Origin: a virus
DNA: 64,000 bases
Virus record (IMG/VR): IMGVR_UViG_3300045988_143931
Location: 97,064 to 161,063 of that record
Direction: 5' to 3' (one strand)
Position 1 is the first letter of the stretch. Each line of letters starts with the position of its first letter. The notes below the pieces were generated by a model. It ran no database searches, had not been told where the DNA came from, and saw nothing but the letters and a program-made list of their open reading frames with translations. Both the position numbers and the translations under genes were made by a program. This document shows, piece after piece, positions 60,980 through 64,000 of the stretch.

Positions 60980-61531
60980 TTAATCACAATATAAAACCAT
61001 TTTATTCTGAGCGAGAGACTGTTTTACATCAATCACTCGTTGGTTTTTTGAACCTCTGAATTTTAATGATAGGTCTTTCTGCTCATCTATATATTCTCCA
61101 TCAACAAGTACATCTACATTGGAAATTATCTCCCATCGTGTAAGCCACTCATCTGCATTTGCTGCAAATGGAGTATATTTATATTCATTATATTTGGAAT
61201 TTAAAAGATCAAAATTATATCCTGTATACAACCAGATAGTTTTCTCAGGAAAGGAATTACGGATTAGTTTGATTAGAGATAAGATTTCATCTAGATTCTG
61301 TTCAGCTAAACACTCACCACCAAGGAAAGATATTCGCTTAATATATGGTCTATTAATAAGTTTTATGAATTTGTCTTTTGCTTTTTCTGTCCATTCCTTA
61401 CCGCCATTAAAGTCCCATGTATCAGAATTAAAACAACCAAAACAGTGAAATGGGCAACCTTGAACGAAGAGGGAGACTCCTACTCCCTCTCCATTAGAAA
61501 TATCAAGGTTACGCATACTTGAATATCTCAT
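60980..61531 (-). CDS. nrdG: Anaerobic ribonucleotide reductase activating protein (radical SAM)
   Basis: ATG at 61531 after GAGGAGG (tracked to 61630). The N-terminal GCPFHCFGCFN is the CxxxCxxC cluster. It lies directly downstream of nrdD. Confidence 0.85.
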   Translation of the reverse strand: MRYSSMRNLDISNGEGVGVSLFVQGCPFHCFGCFNSDTWDFNGGKEWTEKAKDKFIKLINRPYIKRISFLGGECLAEQNLDEILSLIKLIRNSFPEKTIWLYTGYNFDLLNSKYNEYKYTPFAANADEWLTRWEIISNVDVLVDGEYIDEQKDLSLKFRGSKNQRVIDVKQSLAQNKMVLYCD

Positions 61532-61532
61532 A

Positions 61533-63728
61533 TTATTCCTCCTCAATGTCGTCAAGATGTGGTACTCTATCATGAATATCACCAAGTCTACCTTGATTCC
61601 ATCCATTACGTGCCGTACCTTTGTATCCACAAGTTCTACGAGTAATATCCATAGTTCTTACATCTCTATTACCACAATTAGGACACTCCCAAATCAACTT
61701 ACCACCTTCATCAATAAGTTTGATTTCTTTACTCCATCCACATTTCTGACAATAATCACTCTTAGTATTTAATTCAGCATACATATTATTGTTATAAATG
61801 AATTTCATTACTTCAAGTATAGCAGGGATATTATTCTCCATATTTGGACACTCAATATATGAAATACTTCCACCTGGACTTAATCTTTGGAATTTAGCTT
61901 CAATACGAAGCTTTGCAAATGCATCAATATGTATAAATACTGGGATATGATAAGAATTTGTGATGTATGTACGATCTGTAACTCCTTCAATAACACCAAA
62001 TCTTTCTTTAAGCTTTTTGGCAAACTTTTCTGTGGTTGCCTCTAATGGAGTGCCATATAAGCTGTAGTCAATATTTTCATCCTTTTTCCATTGAGAGCAT
62101 TTATCATTCAATGCTTGCATTACTTCAAGACCGAATTTTTCTCCAACACCCTCATCACAATGATAATGTCCAGTCATATACTTAACGCATTCAGCAAGTC
62201 CTGCATAACCAAGGGATAAAGTTGAATAACCACCAAAAAGTAGTTTATCAATGGGTTCACCCTTTTTAAGTCTTGCAAATGCTCCGTGTTGCCAAAGAAT
62301 AGGAGCAACATCTGACTTTGTTCCACGTAATCTCTGATGTCTAATCTTTAACGCTTTATGACATAACTCTGTACGTTCATCAAATATACGCCAAAATTCA
62401 TTGAAATCTCCACCTGATGATAATGCAATATCTGGTAATGATACAGTTACAACACCAGAATTGAAACGTCCATAGAATTTTGGTTTACCATTTTCATCAT
62501 GCCATACTGTTAAAGCACTTCTACATCCCATTACAGGATAACAGTTACCATCTTTCATCTCTTTCATAATTTTTTCTGAGATATAATCAGGAGTTAATCT
62601 TTTCATAGAACATTTAGCTGCCATCTCAGTAAGATACCAATACTTATCTTCTTCATGAATATTGTCCTCCTGAAGAACATAAATAACTTTTGGAAATGCA
62701 GGTGTAATATAGACACCTTCTTCATTCTTTACACCAAGATAACTTTGGCGAAGTTCCTCTTCAATTAACATGGCTAAATCATCTTTTTCTCTCTGATTAT
62801 GCGCTTCATTGAGATACATAAATAATGTAATAAATGGAGCTTGCCCGTTAGTTGTCATGAGCGTTGTGATTTGATACTGAATTGTCTGAATACCTTTTTC
62901 AATCTCTTTTTTCAAGCGTTCTTCCGCAATTTTATTTATTACGTTCTCTAATTCTTTTCCTTCTAAAAAAGTATTAGCAATGTCACATAACTCATGTTCT
63001 ACTTCTTTTTTAATTTTCTGTCTTGAAATATCTACGAATGGAGCAAGATGTGCTAAAGATATACTCTGTCCACCATACTGACTTGAAGCGACCTGTGCAA
63101 TAATTTGTGTTGCAACTGTACATGCTGTAGAAAAACTATGTGGTTTTTCAATCAATGTTTCGCTAATTACTGTACCGTTTTGTAACATATCCTCAAGATT
63201 AATAAGACAGCAGTTGTTCATATACTGAATAAGATAATCAAGATCGTGTACATGAATCAATCCATCATCATGAGCTTGTACTATCTCAGGTGGTAGGATA
63301 TACCTTCTTGATGCATCCTTACTTACAATTCCTGCTAAATAATCTCTCTGCGTTGTATTAAGTCTTGGGTTTTTATTAGAGTTTTCGTTATTCCAATAGT
63401 CACTTTCTCCACTCAACAATTCTGTGATTTCTGTATCAATTGTATTCTCATTTTCTCTCTGAAATTCACGAATACTTCTATATCCTTCATATGCTTTTGC
63501 AGTAAGTCTCTGTTTCTTTGTAATCAATTTATCATAAACCATTGATTCAATATCAGAAATACTTACTTCGTCTTTACCTTTACACTCTTCTTCAATCTCA
63601 TTTGCAATGTCTTTCGCAATCTTTGGTTTTACAATACCCGAACCATTTTTCATAGCTTTAAGAATTGCGGATGATATTTTTGATTTATCAAAATCAACCT
63701 TTCGACCATCTCTTTTAATTACTTTCAA
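61533..63728 (-). CDS. nrdD: Anaerobic ribonucleoside-triphosphate reductase (class III)
   Basis: 731 aa. TTG start 8 nt after GAGGAGG. N-terminal ATP-cone-like VIKRDGRKVDFDKSKI. C-terminal Zn site CQKCGW...CPNCG. Glycyl-radical motif RRTCGYKG. Confidence 0.9.
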   Translation of the reverse strand: MKVIKRDGRKVDFDKSKISSAILKAMKNGSGIVKPKIAKDIANEIEEECKGKDEVSISDIESMVYDKLITKKQRLTAKAYEGYRSIREFQRENENTIDTEITELLSGESDYWNNENSNKNPRLNTTQRDYLAGIVSKDASRRYILPPEIVQAHDDGLIHVHDLDYLIQYMNNCCLINLEDMLQNGTVISETLIEKPHSFSTACTVATQIIAQVASSQYGGQSISLAHLAPFVDISRQKIKKEVEHELCDIANTFLEGKELENVINKIAEERLKKEIEKGIQTIQYQITTLMTTNGQAPFITLFMYLNEAHNQREKDDLAMLIEEELRQSYLGVKNEEGVYITPAFPKVIYVLQEDNIHEEDKYWYLTEMAAKCSMKRLTPDYISEKIMKEMKDGNCYPVMGCRSALTVWHDENGKPKFYGRFNSGVVTVSLPDIALSSGGDFNEFWRIFDERTELCHKALKIRHQRLRGTKSDVAPILWQHGAFARLKKGEPIDKLLFGGYSTLSLGYAGLAECVKYMTGHYHCDEGVGEKFGLEVMQALNDKCSQWKKDENIDYSLYGTPLEATTEKFAKKLKERFGVIEGVTDRTYITNSYHIPVFIHIDAFAKLRIEAKFQRLSPGGSISYIECPNMENNIPAILEVMKFIYNNNMYAELNTKSDYCQKCGWSKEIKLIDEGGKLIWECPNCGNRDVRTMDITRRTCGYKGTARNGWNQGRLGDIHDRVPHLDDIEEE

Positions 63729-63731
63729 TAT

Positions 63732-63860
63732 TTATTCCTCCTCAAATCCAATAACATTACCATCATTAATAACGACTCTTGTATTCTTGCATTCAAACAA
63801 TTCAATGCAATCACCAGTAGTAATACTATCCATGTTAATTTCTGTAGTCTCTCTTAACAT
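63732..63860 (-). CDS. Small hypothetical protein (42 aa) upstream of nrdD
   Basis: Below the track cut-off. GGAGGATTAAAT, then ATG at 63860. Translation MLRETTEINMDSITTGDCIELFECKNTRVVINDGNVIGFEEE. Confidence 0.4.
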   Translation of the reverse strand: MLRETTEINMDSITTGDCIELFECKNTRVVINDGNVIGFEEE

Positions 63861-63862
63861 AT

Positions 63863-64000
63863 TTAATCCTCCAATTCTGCTTTATATATCTGATGAATCA
63901 TATTCCAATCCCAACAATGCTTGCCATTCCATTCCTTATTCCAAGGATAAATTTCACCAAAGCAAATCTTTGTCTCTGCGTTAGAAGTCTTAAGATTATG
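63863..64000 (-). CDS. 3' end of a gene that starts beyond the window (partial)
   Basis: Open minus-strand frame ...KICFGEIYPWNKEWNGKHCWDWNMIHQIYKAELED, ending with TAA at 63865..63863. Confidence 0.4.
   Translation of the reverse strand, partial: HNLKTSNAETKICFGEIYPWNKEWNGKHCWDWNMIHQIYKAELED

Noticed and set aside
1-64000. Alternative genetic code or stop-codon recoding, as in some gut phages
   Set aside because: Long uninterrupted ORFs with recognisable products are obtained with the standard code on both strands. TAG, TGA and TAA all occur as plausible stops. There is no suppressor tRNA among the six tRNAs.
1-64000. CRISPR arrays or other long tandem repeat arrays
   Set aside because: I found no regularly spaced direct repeats of 24-40 nt. 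The only short tandem repeats are the GACGACACT arm sites at attP and a 7-mer duplication (AATGTAG) near 57095.

Overview
This window is an AT-rich segment of a temperate tailed phage, probably a siphovirus of a low-GC anaerobic Firmicute. Evidence: AGGAGG-type ribosome binding sites (SD), frequent GTG/TTG starts, and anaerobic NrdD/NrdG. The attP site is intact and has phage genes on both sides, so this looks like the free or circular phage form, not a prophage junction.

Layout, left to right:
- 52-7600: early genes, including a YonO-like two-barrel RNA polymerase candidate, two HU-like proteins and a phosphoesterase. Two tRNAs bracket an ORF-free structured RNA of about 0.8 kb.
- 7.7-11.7 kb: a tRNA, recombinase and moron island. 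It holds an extra tyrosine recombinase, two AT-rich membrane proteins, a type I toxin-antitoxin-like locus and four tRNAs.
- 11.7-25.4 kb: terminase, portal, scaffold, capsid, neck and tail tube.
- 25.4-32.5 kb: an accessory block with cysteine desulfurase, an HTH protein, a GH25-LysM endolysin, RusA and chaperone-position genes.
- 32.5-47.1 kb: the tape-measure (TMP) gene, split into two halves of about 1500 codons each by a 5.5-kb insert that carries about 12 genes.
- 47.2-56.4 kb: tail tip and fibre genes.
- 57.1-58.9 kb: attP, int and xis.
- 58.9-64.0 kb, minus strand: dUTPase, unknown genes, NrdG and NrdD.

Six tRNAs are present: Asn, Pro, Tyr, Glu and two Ser.

The most unusual feature is the insert in the TMP gene. 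Its ends form two long-range RNA helices that place a U-G pair at a candidate 5' splice site and a G at a candidate 3' splice site. Removing 37071-42602 restores the TMP reading frame exactly. This suggests a very large cargo-carrying intron-like element. An invertible cassette is the alternative reading.

All calls are made by eye from the sequence and the ORF track. No database search or RNA folding was run.
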